Virus record (IMG/VR): IMGVR_UViG_3300010366_000056
Location: 1-27,287 of that record
Reading direction: 5' to 3' (one strand)
Length of the DNA stretch: 27,287 nt
Source of the DNA: a virus
Taxonomy: Duplodnaviria > Caudoviricetes
How positions within the stretch are numbered: position 1 is the stretch's first letter; the number at the start of each line of letters is the position of its first letter. Below the pieces are notes generated by a model. It made no database searches, had not been told where the DNA came from, and worked only from the letters and a program-made list of their open reading frames with translations. Of this stretch, positions 7,921 through 15,234 are shown in pieces. Position numbers and translations under genes: made by a program.

Positions 7921-8458
7921 CGCGATCCTCCACCTTCAAAACCTCTGGTACATTATACGGCACGTGAAGTTCATCGGTTATCAAGAAGAGAAGAAAGTTG
8001 GCACACTGTTCCATGTCTACGAATATGCTGGTGCAGAGCGCACGCCACCCATCATAGCCCTGGTCTAGCGGTGCTTGATCGACACCAATAATTCGGCGGC
8101 CTCGTGCATACGCATATCCAACTTCCGTAGCTCCGAAGAGACTGTTGTTTCCGATAAGCGAAACCACCAGATCACAGCGATCAATAAGAAGCAGATCGCG
8201 AGGTACGTAGAATCGTGGGTCTCCGTGGTGCCCGTTGCCATTCCAGTCACTCCTGTCGGGGGCAGGTCGCGGGTGTAGATAAGTGATATGGCTACGCAGA
8301 TCCTCCATCTGCTGCCTGGGTCTACTCCAATCGTCTGGTGTGTTGGGCCAGTTTATCATAATCTGCTGTTTTATCACACGATCAACAGCACCGACAAACT
8401 CAGCACGCCAGGGTACCCGCATACTCCCACAGGTGTAGACTGAAATGGCATGTGGCAT
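7901..8458 (-). CDS. Nucleoside 2-deoxyribosyltransferase-fold protein, DNPH1/Rcl-like nucleotide N-glycosidase
   Basis: SVYTCGSMR, RDLLLIDRCDLVV and SLFGATEVGYAYARGRRII (catalytic Tyr/Asp/Glu); start ATG 8458 in a TGATG overlap. Confidence 0.85.
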   Translation of the reverse strand: MPHAISVYTCGSMRVPWRAEFVGAVDRVIKQQIMINWPNTPDDWSRPRQQMEDLRSHITYLHPRPAPDRSDWNGNGHHGDPRFYVPRDLLLIDRCDLVVSLIGNNSLFGATEVGYAYARGRRIIGVDQAPLDQGYDGWRALCTSIFVDMEQCANFLLFLITDELHVPYNVPEVLKVEDRVEVPSR

Positions 8459-8769
8459 CAGAGGTCTTCCCACTCGAGCCTGTAGCCGACAAGCTCCGTT
8501 TCAACGTTGGTGGAATGTATGAGACTGAGGTGACATCCCGTCGCCACGTACTCATTGGTATCCGCTGTGTTGTGCTCTTTACAGATAGTTATGCGGTTAC
8601 CTGGGTCTGGAGTGCTCTCATACATCAGAGTCTTGCCGCGCTTGGTCCTGACAGACAACCCCAATGATACCAGTACCAGATCTGCACGCCCTTGACAGAT
8701 AGCGCAGCTGAACCCAGGCTCTTCATACACAAGCTCTGGGCCAAACATCTCATCCAGGTTTGGCATCAT
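8458..8769 (-). CDS. Hypothetical protein with CxxC...CxxH possible zinc site
   Basis: CAIC and CKEH; overlaps both neighbours in operon fashion; start 8769 or 8766. Confidence 0.65.
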   Translation of the reverse strand: MMPNLDEMFGPELVYEEPGFSCAICQGRADLVLVSLGLSVRTKRGKTLMYESTPDPGNRITICKEHNTADTNEYVATGCHLSLIHSTNVETELVGYRLEWEDL

Positions 8770-9253
8770 GCCACCGATCAATGGTGTACGGCGCTGGACT
8801 TTCTGTTACCTCATTTACCACCAGCCCGTTAGGCGGACGATCATCATCATCGTCCTGAAAGTTGAGTCCCTCCCATGCTAGGATCATGAAAGCGCGTACG
8901 ATTAGATCAAACAATACGCCTCGGCGTTTGTCTGGATCCCAATTCAACGCCGCCCCGTTGCGCCATGCACCTGATAAGCGTGCCAGCTTATCGATCATGT
9001 CCGCAGTTGGGATAATCTCACCTAGTGTCTGCCAACTACTATCGTACTGGTAGTTCTTCTGGGCCACCAGTGCATCGAAACGCCTCAACGCTGCCGCGAA
9101 CTCTGGGTTTATCTCACGCATCAGCGTTTCGTAATCGCCAGGGGTGAGAGACTGCCCTGGGCCGTAGCCCAGGACATGCTCTGCAAATTGGTTGATCAAC
9201 CAGCCCTGCTGGATCTCAACCCGCCTAGTTTCGACGGTCTCGCTCGGCTCCAC
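8750..9253 (-). CDS. Nucleotide modification-associated domain 1 (Nmad1/DUF1599; all-alpha NTP-pyrophosphatase-like) protein
   Basis: KNYQYDSSW..LG......DKLARL and L.DL...A.M pattern. Confidence 0.7.
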   Translation of the reverse strand: MEPSETVETRRVEIQQGWLINQFAEHVLGYGPGQSLTPGDYETLMREINPEFAAALRRFDALVAQKNYQYDSSWQTLGEIIPTADMIDKLARLSGAWRNGAALNWDPDKRRGVLFDLIVRAFMILAWEGLNFQDDDDDRPPNGLVVNEVTESPAPYTIDRWHDAKPG

Positions 9254-10328
9254 TCTCTACGGCCTCCACAATCTCCTGGTTGATACGGTGGTGGCGCGGC
9301 ATCAAGCGGTGGCACTCACGACAGATGAGGTGGTGCTCCACAATATGTCCCGCCGCCGCTTGCAACCGACGTGCCAGGAACGGGTCTTCGACCACCCTTG
9401 CGAAATTGCTGGCAACGTAAGTCACGTGCGCCCACAGACCATACATATTCGGGGCTGGTTGATTGATAAGCCTGCGGGCAATCATCCCGCGCACGCGCAC
9501 GGGGATACCGTACTGGCTGAAGGTACTCTCGAGCGTTTCAGCCGTATGGTCGCTCAGTTGAATGTCTTGCAGGCTTCGGATACGGTCGAACTCGAAAGCA
9601 CCCGCACCGTAGACCTGCCCCACCTTCTCACGAATCCACTCGTCACGGTCGCCCTTGGCTTCCTTGCGGGTGAAGTTCATGACGTTCTGGGTACTGACAG
9701 CACCGTTGGTGCAGACCAGCTGATGCGTGAACCCACCAATCTCCAGCGGTACAGCCGTGCTTGGCAGGTCAATACCAAGTGGCGTGAACGTTGCTGTCAC
9801 ACCATAGTTGATCACATCGCCAACCTTGCGGCCAGCTTTGTTCTCAACCTTGCCCATCTCCTGGTTCTGCCCACCCACGAGAGTGATGTACTGCCTGTCC
9901 CAGCCTCCGCCAACCTGATAGCCAAGGGCTTCCTTGCGGCCACCAAGCCCACGCTCCATAAGATTGAGCATGTGGACAGGGTCCATCACCTGCGCGGCGG
10001 CAGGCGTGAATGCGATAAGCTCACCTTCGCGAACCACTGCCTTGAGCTCCTGCTCGTGGCGGCGCAGGGCTTCATCCAGGATTGGTGCGACCAGGACTTT
10101 GGGGTACTTATCCAGCCCCGCGCCCTTGAGGCCACCAATCTTGTAGATGTAGTCCCACGCATCATTGCTCATTGGCAGTACGTCGCCACGCTTGCCGAAC
10201 TGGTAGCTGGCATCACCATTATCACCCAGGCGAATGCCGTAGCTAGAAGTAGGTGCGAAGACGCGCTCCTCAAGGCCACGGTATGGGCGCAGCGTTGCGA
10301 GCGCTTGATCTCTAGTCTGTAGCTGCAT
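9225..10328 (-). CDS. DUF932-like phage protein
   Basis: QLVCTNGA motif and C-terminal NMYGLWAHVTY..S helix; AGGAG RBS. Confidence 0.7.
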   Translation of the reverse strand: MQLQTRDQALATLRPYRGLEERVFAPTSSYGIRLGDNGDASYQFGKRGDVLPMSNDAWDYIYKIGGLKGAGLDKYPKVLVAPILDEALRRHEQELKAVVREGELIAFTPAAAQVMDPVHMLNLMERGLGGRKEALGYQVGGGWDRQYITLVGGQNQEMGKVENKAGRKVGDVINYGVTATFTPLGIDLPSTAVPLEIGGFTHQLVCTNGAVSTQNVMNFTRKEAKGDRDEWIREKVGQVYGAGAFEFDRIRSLQDIQLSDHTAETLESTFSQYGIPVRVRGMIARRLINQPAPNMYGLWAHVTYVASNFARVVEDPFLARRLQAAAGHIVEHHLICRECHRLMPRHHRINQEIVEAVESGAERDRRN

Positions 10329-10515
10329 TTCTTCTCCTCAGCGCTACGATCTTGTACACCGTGTTGCCACACCAGGGACAGGGACCGCGGAGACTTCCGC
10401 GTGGTCCACTATTCCCAGCCCCGTTGCCGCTACGCGGTGTCTCTACGTAGCGGCCCTTCTGGACCTTGACCTTCTCACGGCAGCTGAAACACCTGCCTTC
10501 GAAGGGTTCGGGCAC
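10312..10515 (-). CDS. DUF5679-like small zinc-ribbon protein (possible DNA binding)
   Basis: CFSCR.K...G.CP.CG..VYKI pattern; basic. Confidence 0.7.
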   Translation of the reverse strand: MPEPFEGRCFSCREKVKVQKGRYVETPRSGNGAGNSGPRGSLRGPCPWCGNTVYKIVALRRRNAATD

Positions 10516-10697
10516 TAGAGCTCCTTCACCTCGCTTATACCTTCACGCAACTCTTGCGGGGTGACCACTCTATCCATTGCGATGGCTGCATTGCAGGCAG
10601 TACAGCGGAGCACAAGCTGACCCTTCCAAGCCACAATATTCGTGGCATGGCAGATAGGGCACACCAGCCTGGCTCCATCCATCAATTGACCACTCAT
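10515..10697 (-). CDS. Small zinc-ribbon protein
   Basis: CPIC...CTAC; ATGA and TAGTG coupling to neighbours. Confidence 0.65.
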   Translation of the reverse strand: MSGQLMDGARLVCPICHATNIVAWKGQLVLRCTACNAAIAMDRVVTPQELREGISEVKEL

Positions 10698-11686
10698 CGT
10701 CGTGTACGTGCTACAGGCTTGGCGACTGTTGCTCGGGACCTGGCTGTGGGGAGAGGCTTGCGCTGGACACGACGAGCGGGACGGACTGGCTCCTCGTCAT
10801 CTTCCTCTTCATCCTCTTCATCTTCTTCTTCGTCGTCGGCTTCTTCGTCATCCTCAACTTCCTCGTCCTCGTCGTCATCACGAGCTACGGGCTTACGAGC
10901 ACCACGCTTGGGAGCAGGAGCCTCCTCCTCTTCCTCTTCGTCCTCCTCATCTTCATCTTCTTCGTCTTCGTCGTCCAGGTCTTCGACCTCCTCGTCCTCA
11001 TCCTCATCATCTTCGAGGCGGGAAGTCTTGGGCTTGGCCCGAACGTTGGCACCGTAGTAGTTCTCGACCTCGCTGGCGAGCTCTTCATCTGCACTCAGCT
11101 TGACGAACTTACTGAGGGCACGAATGCGGCCATCGATCTCCAGCTTGCCAATCTCCTCACCATCGATCTCGTACTTGGTATCCACGTCGCTGCCAATGCG
11201 CACGATGGTCCAGTTGCGATTCATGAGGGTTGGCTCGCGGTCACCAGCCTTGCCACGGCTGCGCTCGTACTTGATGATGAAGCTGTCGACCATGCCCTTG
11301 GTCATGTACAGCAGGCGGACCTCGCCAGTGCCTACGTCCACCACATTCGCGAGCCATCGTGTCGCAGCACGGGCTGCGGGATTGCCATCCAACTGGCACC
11401 CTTTGTGACACGGTACTCTGCTCCAGAAACCGCCGCTGCGTTGAATACCGTGCTCGTAGAACTTGGTCCAGGCTTGACCAGGCTCACCAAACGGCTCATC
11501 CAGAAAGCGCACCGTAACGCTCTCTTTGTCACGCAAGCGGATAACCTTGCTGGGAGTGCGCGCAGCATCACGCTTCAACTGGTCGAGCGTGCCAGCCGTG
11601 CTGCTGTTGACCTGGATCTTCTCTGGGCGCGTCCCGTTAGTACCGTTGCGCGATACACTCTTAGGCTTGAGCCTACCTTCTGCCAT
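10694..11686 (-). CDS. Single-stranded DNA-binding protein (T4 gp32-like) with a long acidic/basic disordered tail
   Basis: VRFL, YEH..., C...C, W.ANVVD, I.R.G...DTKY pattern; located next to primase and helicase; start re-called to ATG 11686 (GAGGAGG RBS). Confidence 0.8.
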   Translation of the reverse strand: MAEGRLKPKSVSRNGTNGTRPEKIQVNSSTAGTLDQLKRDAARTPSKVIRLRDKESVTVRFLDEPFGEPGQAWTKFYEHGIQRSGGFWSRVPCHKGCQLDGNPAARAATRWLANVVDVGTGEVRLLYMTKGMVDSFIIKYERSRGKAGDREPTLMNRNWTIVRIGSDVDTKYEIDGEEIGKLEIDGRIRALSKFVKLSADEELASEVENYYGANVRAKPKTSRLEDDEDEDEEVEDLDDEDEEDEDEEDEEEEEEAPAPKRGARKPVARDDDEDEEVEDDEEADDEEEDEEDEEEDDEEPVRPARRVQRKPLPTARSRATVAKPVARTRR

Positions 11687-11795
11687 ACGTGCCCTCCTCA
11701 TGGCACCAAATGTGTGTGAAACAGGTTGGTCGTCGGATGCGCTGTTGTAAGCCGTCTTTTAGCCCTCCTGCCTGGATTGGTTTTGGCATGCCAAC

Positions 11796-11825
11796 ATTGT
11801 ACGGCTCGGCCATTCGGGCTGACAA
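11796..11825 (-). promoter_or_regulatory. Sigma70-type promoter for the SSB/modification operon
   Basis: TTGTCA-N18-TACAAT in the primase-SSB intergenic region. Confidence 0.6.
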
Positions 11826-11850
11826 GCCGCAGTGAACTAGGGCCAGCCTT

Positions 11851-12792
11851 TCAGGACAAAAGTGCAGTCCAGTGCCGTTTACCGTCTAGGATCTGCCACC
11901 ATTCAGTGTAATCCAGTTCATCTGGATCCTTGCGCACGATCTCATCAAATGGTGCGACCAACAATCTACTTACCGCAGTGTTTAGACGTTCGGCATTCCG
12001 CAGTGTGGCAATCGCACCAGCTGGATCATTGTCCATCAGCAACACTACTGAATCAAACCGATTTGCTATAAGCTTCAACTGTCCATCTGTTACGGCTGTA
12101 CCCATGAGACCCATCACATTATCAAAGCCCCACTGGTGGCCCCGCATAACATCAGTTGGTCCCTCTACCAGGACACACTCGTTGGCATCATCGGGTACTT
12201 CGTCCCACCCGAATAACACACGGTCTTTCGGGAACTCCTTGTTGTAGAGATACTTGCGCAACTGATTATCGTTGGTAGCACGTCGGCAAATCCCCACCCA
12301 CTTGCCCTTGAAGCGTATGGGGATAATCGCTCTACGGGTGACGTTATCATAGCCCAGGTTGAATTCTCGTATTACTTGATCGTTGTACCCGCGAACGTAC
12401 TTCCACCAGCTACGGCCATGACTGAACTTGGATACGTCTACCTCTTCGAAGTCTGCACTCTCTGGCGGCGTGAGAATACTCTGTAATTCTCTAAGATTGC
12501 GGTCGCGTATTTCAGCTATGCTTAGTACCCCACCGTGCTCTTCGAGTAGCCCGATAGCCTCCTTGTACGTCAGAGAACGTAGCTGCATCACTAGCTGCAC
12601 CAAGTTGCCCTTCTGGGTGCAGACCCAACAATGCCACAGGCCCGTTTCGGAGTTTATCTCCAGGTTAGGGCTATCACGCTCCGAATGGAACGGACAATAC
12701 GCCACAAGCTCTCGGCCAATGAGATGGCTATCAAGCTCTAGCGCTTCGATGATACGCGGGATATCTACCTTGAGATCGTCGAAACGCTTCAT
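11851..12792 (-). CDS. DNA primase (CHC2 zinc finger plus TOPRIM)
   Basis: CPFHSE..PN...WHCWVC...G; KYLY; LVEGPTD; MGT; LLMDNDPAG; KDPD. Confidence 0.95.
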   Translation of the reverse strand: MKRFDDLKVDIPRIIEALELDSHLIGRELVAYCPFHSERDSPNLEINSETGLWHCWVCTQKGNLVQLVMQLRSLTYKEAIGLLEEHGGVLSIAEIRDRNLRELQSILTPPESADFEEVDVSKFSHGRSWWKYVRGYNDQVIREFNLGYDNVTRRAIIPIRFKGKWVGICRRATNDNQLRKYLYNKEFPKDRVLFGWDEVPDDANECVLVEGPTDVMRGHQWGFDNVMGLMGTAVTDGQLKLIANRFDSVVLLMDNDPAGAIATLRNAERLNTAVSRLLVAPFDEIVRKDPDELDYTEWWQILDGKRHWTALLS

Positions 12793-14072
12793 TCTTCTTC
12801 GGCTTCTGGGACCTCTTCATCACGGTAGTTGCTCGGACGCCTGCCCCGCACGATCTCATCAATCACACCCTTGTCGATATCCAGGTCGAACCGAATACGC
12901 TGGTTTTCTGGACCAAAGCGATTCTTCCTGACATACAACGTCAGCTCGCCACGGCTAAGGCGCAGCGCAAACACTCGGTCACTATCACGACCCAGGCTAT
13001 CTGTCATAGCGATCTGGCTTAGCTGTGGACCCTCTTTGCTCTCAGCAGCGGCACGGTTAGCTTGAGCGTTCAACACAATCGGGATGTTGTACTGGATGCA
13101 GATCTGCTTGAACCCGCGGCTCATGTTGGCCGCTTCGACCCAGTTCTCAACACGAGCATTGTCGCCCATACTCAAGCCGAAGTAGTCATAGAACGCAACA
13201 TCGGGTCCATGCTCTTCCACTTTGGCCTTGAACTGAGCTACCTTGGCGCTGTCGTTAGGTTCTGGGATTACGATACCCTTCTGTACGTACTTTCGGCTGC
13301 GGCGTGCAAAGCGAGCATACTCTCGTATGTCTACGCTGCCCATCATCAGGCCAGTGTTGCTGAACGCTTCCTTGAAGTACTCGCTGTGGTCTTTCGCCAG
13401 CATGCGGCTCAGCAACGTATCAATCCTGAAGCTAAGCTGCTCGTGGCTCATCTCCAGCGAGACATACATCACCTTGCCGCCATGCAGCGCTGCTTGAACT
13501 GCGAAGAACAAGCTCATCCACGTCTTGAACTCACCTTGTCGCGCTACCACAGTTATCAAGTCTGGCGCTTGTATGCCCCCAAGCTCTGTGTCCAGACTTG
13601 GTATCCCAAACGGGTAGCCCAGGAGTTCATCATTACGTCTGGCTGCCTTGCGCTGTCGAACCCAATTGACTCTGTCCCGCCAGCTTTCCACGATATTGAT
13701 ATCATTGCCACGGCTGTACGACTGTATCAAGGCACCAAGCTCGGTCTGCATCTTGTTCACGAGATCTACACTCTCGGTGGTACCGTACTGCCGCTGGTAC
13801 TTCTGAAACACTTGTCCCAGCTTGTAGTCAAGCATGAACTGGCGCGTGCCCTGCACCAGATCCTCAAGCTCGTCTGGGTTGCTGGCATACACCTTGAAGT
13901 CTGGGAACTTTGCCCTGAATGCCAGCTTGGTTGTATCTGGGTGCCCTTCCAGGTACATCCACTCTGCGCGCCTTGTCAAGAACAGGTCTCGGTCCACCCC
14001 GAGCTTGATAGCCGCCCGTACCCCTGCGCCACGGAGTACAGCGCTAATCAACAGGTCCTCATGCTTGGGCAT
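12789..14072 (-). CDS. DnaB-like replicative helicase
   Basis: GIPSLD..LGG, Walker A ARQGEFKT, SLEMS, Walker B FYDY, AQANR, DSD, KNRFG. Confidence 0.93.
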   Translation of the reverse strand: MPKHEDLLISAVLRGAGVRAAIKLGVDRDLFLTRRAEWMYLEGHPDTTKLAFRAKFPDFKVYASNPDELEDLVQGTRQFMLDYKLGQVFQKYQRQYGTTESVDLVNKMQTELGALIQSYSRGNDINIVESWRDRVNWVRQRKAARRNDELLGYPFGIPSLDTELGGIQAPDLITVVARQGEFKTWMSLFFAVQAALHGGKVMYVSLEMSHEQLSFRIDTLLSRMLAKDHSEYFKEAFSNTGLMMGSVDIREYARFARRSRKYVQKGIVIPEPNDSAKVAQFKAKVEEHGPDVAFYDYFGLSMGDNARVENWVEAANMSRGFKQICIQYNIPIVLNAQANRAAAESKEGPQLSQIAMTDSLGRDSDRVFALRLSRGELTLYVRKNRFGPENQRIRFDLDIDKGVIDEIVRGRRPSNYRDEEVPEAEEE

Positions 14073-14103
14073 TCGTCATCCTTGTAGTCTTTGCCACCCC
14101 AAC

Positions 14104-14112
14104 AGTATAGCA
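14104..14112 (-). promoter_or_regulatory. Extended -10 promoter (TGcTATACT) upstream of the helicase, followed by a GGGGTGGC box
   Basis: ATGCTATACTG also occurs at 23215-23225; GGGGTGGC at 14093-14100. Confidence 0.55.
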
Positions 14113-14121
14113 TTCGACCAC

Positions 14122-15090
14122 TCAGCGGCTAAATACGTCCTCATCGGGATACTCACCGTCTACATCTCTCTCCCAACACCGCATGATACGTTCGTAGACC
14201 TTGGGCCGCAAGAGCACAGATATCTCGAAGGTGCTGAAATTTTGACTGAATGAATACATTGCTGCCTTCAAGAAGTGTCTTACTTCACGGCCACGACCAT
14301 CGAATCGTTCAAGAAGCCTCTTAGCATGTGGGCTTTGCCCTCGCCAGTCTACAACTGGCATAGCCCCATATTCAAACCTGAACAGGCAAGCCCAGAAACA
14401 TATCACATCATTTGCGTTCCACTTACTCGGGGCATATCGCTTAGCCCAGAAACGCATAAACGGTCCTGAAGATGTCTTGGTCCAACTAATATTGAAGTTG
14501 TCCCTGCCCAACTTACTCATGAAAGTTAGGCGTCCATTCGGTTCTTGGACAAAAAGGTTCGGCGTGGCAGCCTGCCGCGAAGAAACAAGACGACTAGGCT
14601 TTATCTCCTCAGTCGTAGCGTACACGCCTGTGCCCGCAGTACGTGTCACATATCTTTCTTCTATATCATTCGTCAATTCATACTTCAATCTTCTTTCTTC
14701 AGCTATCTTACGTTTACTTTTTATAAGATGTAATGCAGCGATCGTAGTAGCCACCCCCTTTAGACCAGGTCCACGATAAACGTAAGCCGTCTTAGTTTCA
14801 GGGGCAGGAGATTGCCGTTTTTGCTTCTTTATGACAATCATAGTAGCCATGTCGATCTTCTGGATGTAGTATTTATTAGGTCTTCGGCCTACACCAGAAA
14901 GAACTAGAGTAATGGCGTCCTTTTCCTGTAGTGTTCTGAGGACCTTCTCAACATAGACATCATTCCAGCCAAATTCTCTTGCCAGTGTGTACTTTGACAC
15001 TTTGACGAATCGGGCACCATCGGAATGAAAAATCAAGTACATAAGCACTTGATGCTGATTTCTTGTTAGACGAAGTCCTTTGACAATCAA
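14122..15090 (-). CDS. Phage replication initiator-like protein with N-terminal winged HTH
   Basis: LT..Q..VL.YL....S..TLA..FG....V...L..L.EK..I...N.Y pattern; immediately upstream of helicase and primase; start re-called to TTG 15090 (AAGGAG 6 nt upstream) because the ATG at 15135 sits inside a -10-like TATGCT. Confidence 0.75.
   Translation of the reverse strand: MIVKGLRLTRNQHQVLMYLIFHSDGARFVKVSKYTLAREFGWNDVYVEKVLRTLQEKDAITLVLSGVGRRPNKYYIQKIDMATMIVIKKQKRQSPAPETKTAYVYRGPGLKGVATTIAALHLIKSKRKIAEERRLKYELTNDIEERYVTRTAGTGVYATTEEIKPSRLVSSRQAATPNLFVQEPNGRLTFMSKLGRDNFNISWTKTSSGPFMRFWAKRYAPSKWNANDVICFWACLFRFEYGAMPVVDWRGQSPHAKRLLERFDGRGREVRHFLKAAMYSFSQNFSTFEISVLLRPKVYERIMRCWERDVDGEYPDEDVFSR
14742..14757. 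repeat. 16-bp direct repeat TCGTAGTAGCCACCCC, copy inside the initiator gene (candidate iteron)
   Basis: Exact copy at 15113-15128; partial copy TCATAGTAGCCA at 14838-14849; adjoins an AT-rich tract at about 14650-14735. Confidence 0.75.
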
Positions 15091-15112
15091 CAGATTCTCC
15101 TTGAAGATGAAT

Positions 15113-15128
15113 TCGTAGTAGCCACCCC
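15113..15128. repeat. 16-bp direct repeat TCGTAGTAGCCACCCC, copy in the initiator leader (candidate operator)
   Basis: Identical to 14742-14757; lies 2 nt downstream of the TGgTATGCT element. Confidence 0.75.
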
Positions 15129-15130
15129 AA

Positions 15131-15139
15131 AGCATACCA
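15131..15139 (-). promoter_or_regulatory. Extended -10 promoter (TGgTATGCT) for the initiator gene
   Basis: Same layout as the helicase promoter: extended -10, 2-3 nt, GGGGTGGC, ACTAC. Confidence 0.5.
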
Positions 15140-15186
15140 CCCCAGACGGTCTTCGAGTTTACAAGTTGAACTTAGAGACACAGGGT

Positions 15187-15216
15187 TTGCTAGACTGACA
15201 CCAGGACTGCTACCAT
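15187..15216 (+). promoter_or_regulatory. Candidate divergent promoter(s) for the SF2 helicase
   Basis: TGcTAGACT at 15188-15196 and TTGCTA-N18-TACCAT (with TG extension) at 15187-15216. Confidence 0.4.
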
Positions 15217-15234
15217 ATAGGCAACGGGCCAAGG

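Noticed and set aside
9192-10322. 376-aa plus-strand ORF
   Set aside because: Antisense shadow of the DUF932-like gene; no motifs or RBS; explained by codon bias on the coding strand
10554-11057. Poly-Ser ORF and TCN microsatellite-like tract
   Set aside because: Reverse complement of the Asp/Glu codons of the SSB tail, not an independent repeat or gene
13062-14087. 341-aa plus-strand ORF
   Set aside because: Antisense shadow of the DnaB-like helicase
15091-15135. N-terminal extension MLWGGYYEFIFKENL of the initiator
   Set aside because: The ATG lies in a -10-like hexamer and the segment holds the operator-like repeat and an AAGGAG RBS; TTG 15090 is the better start
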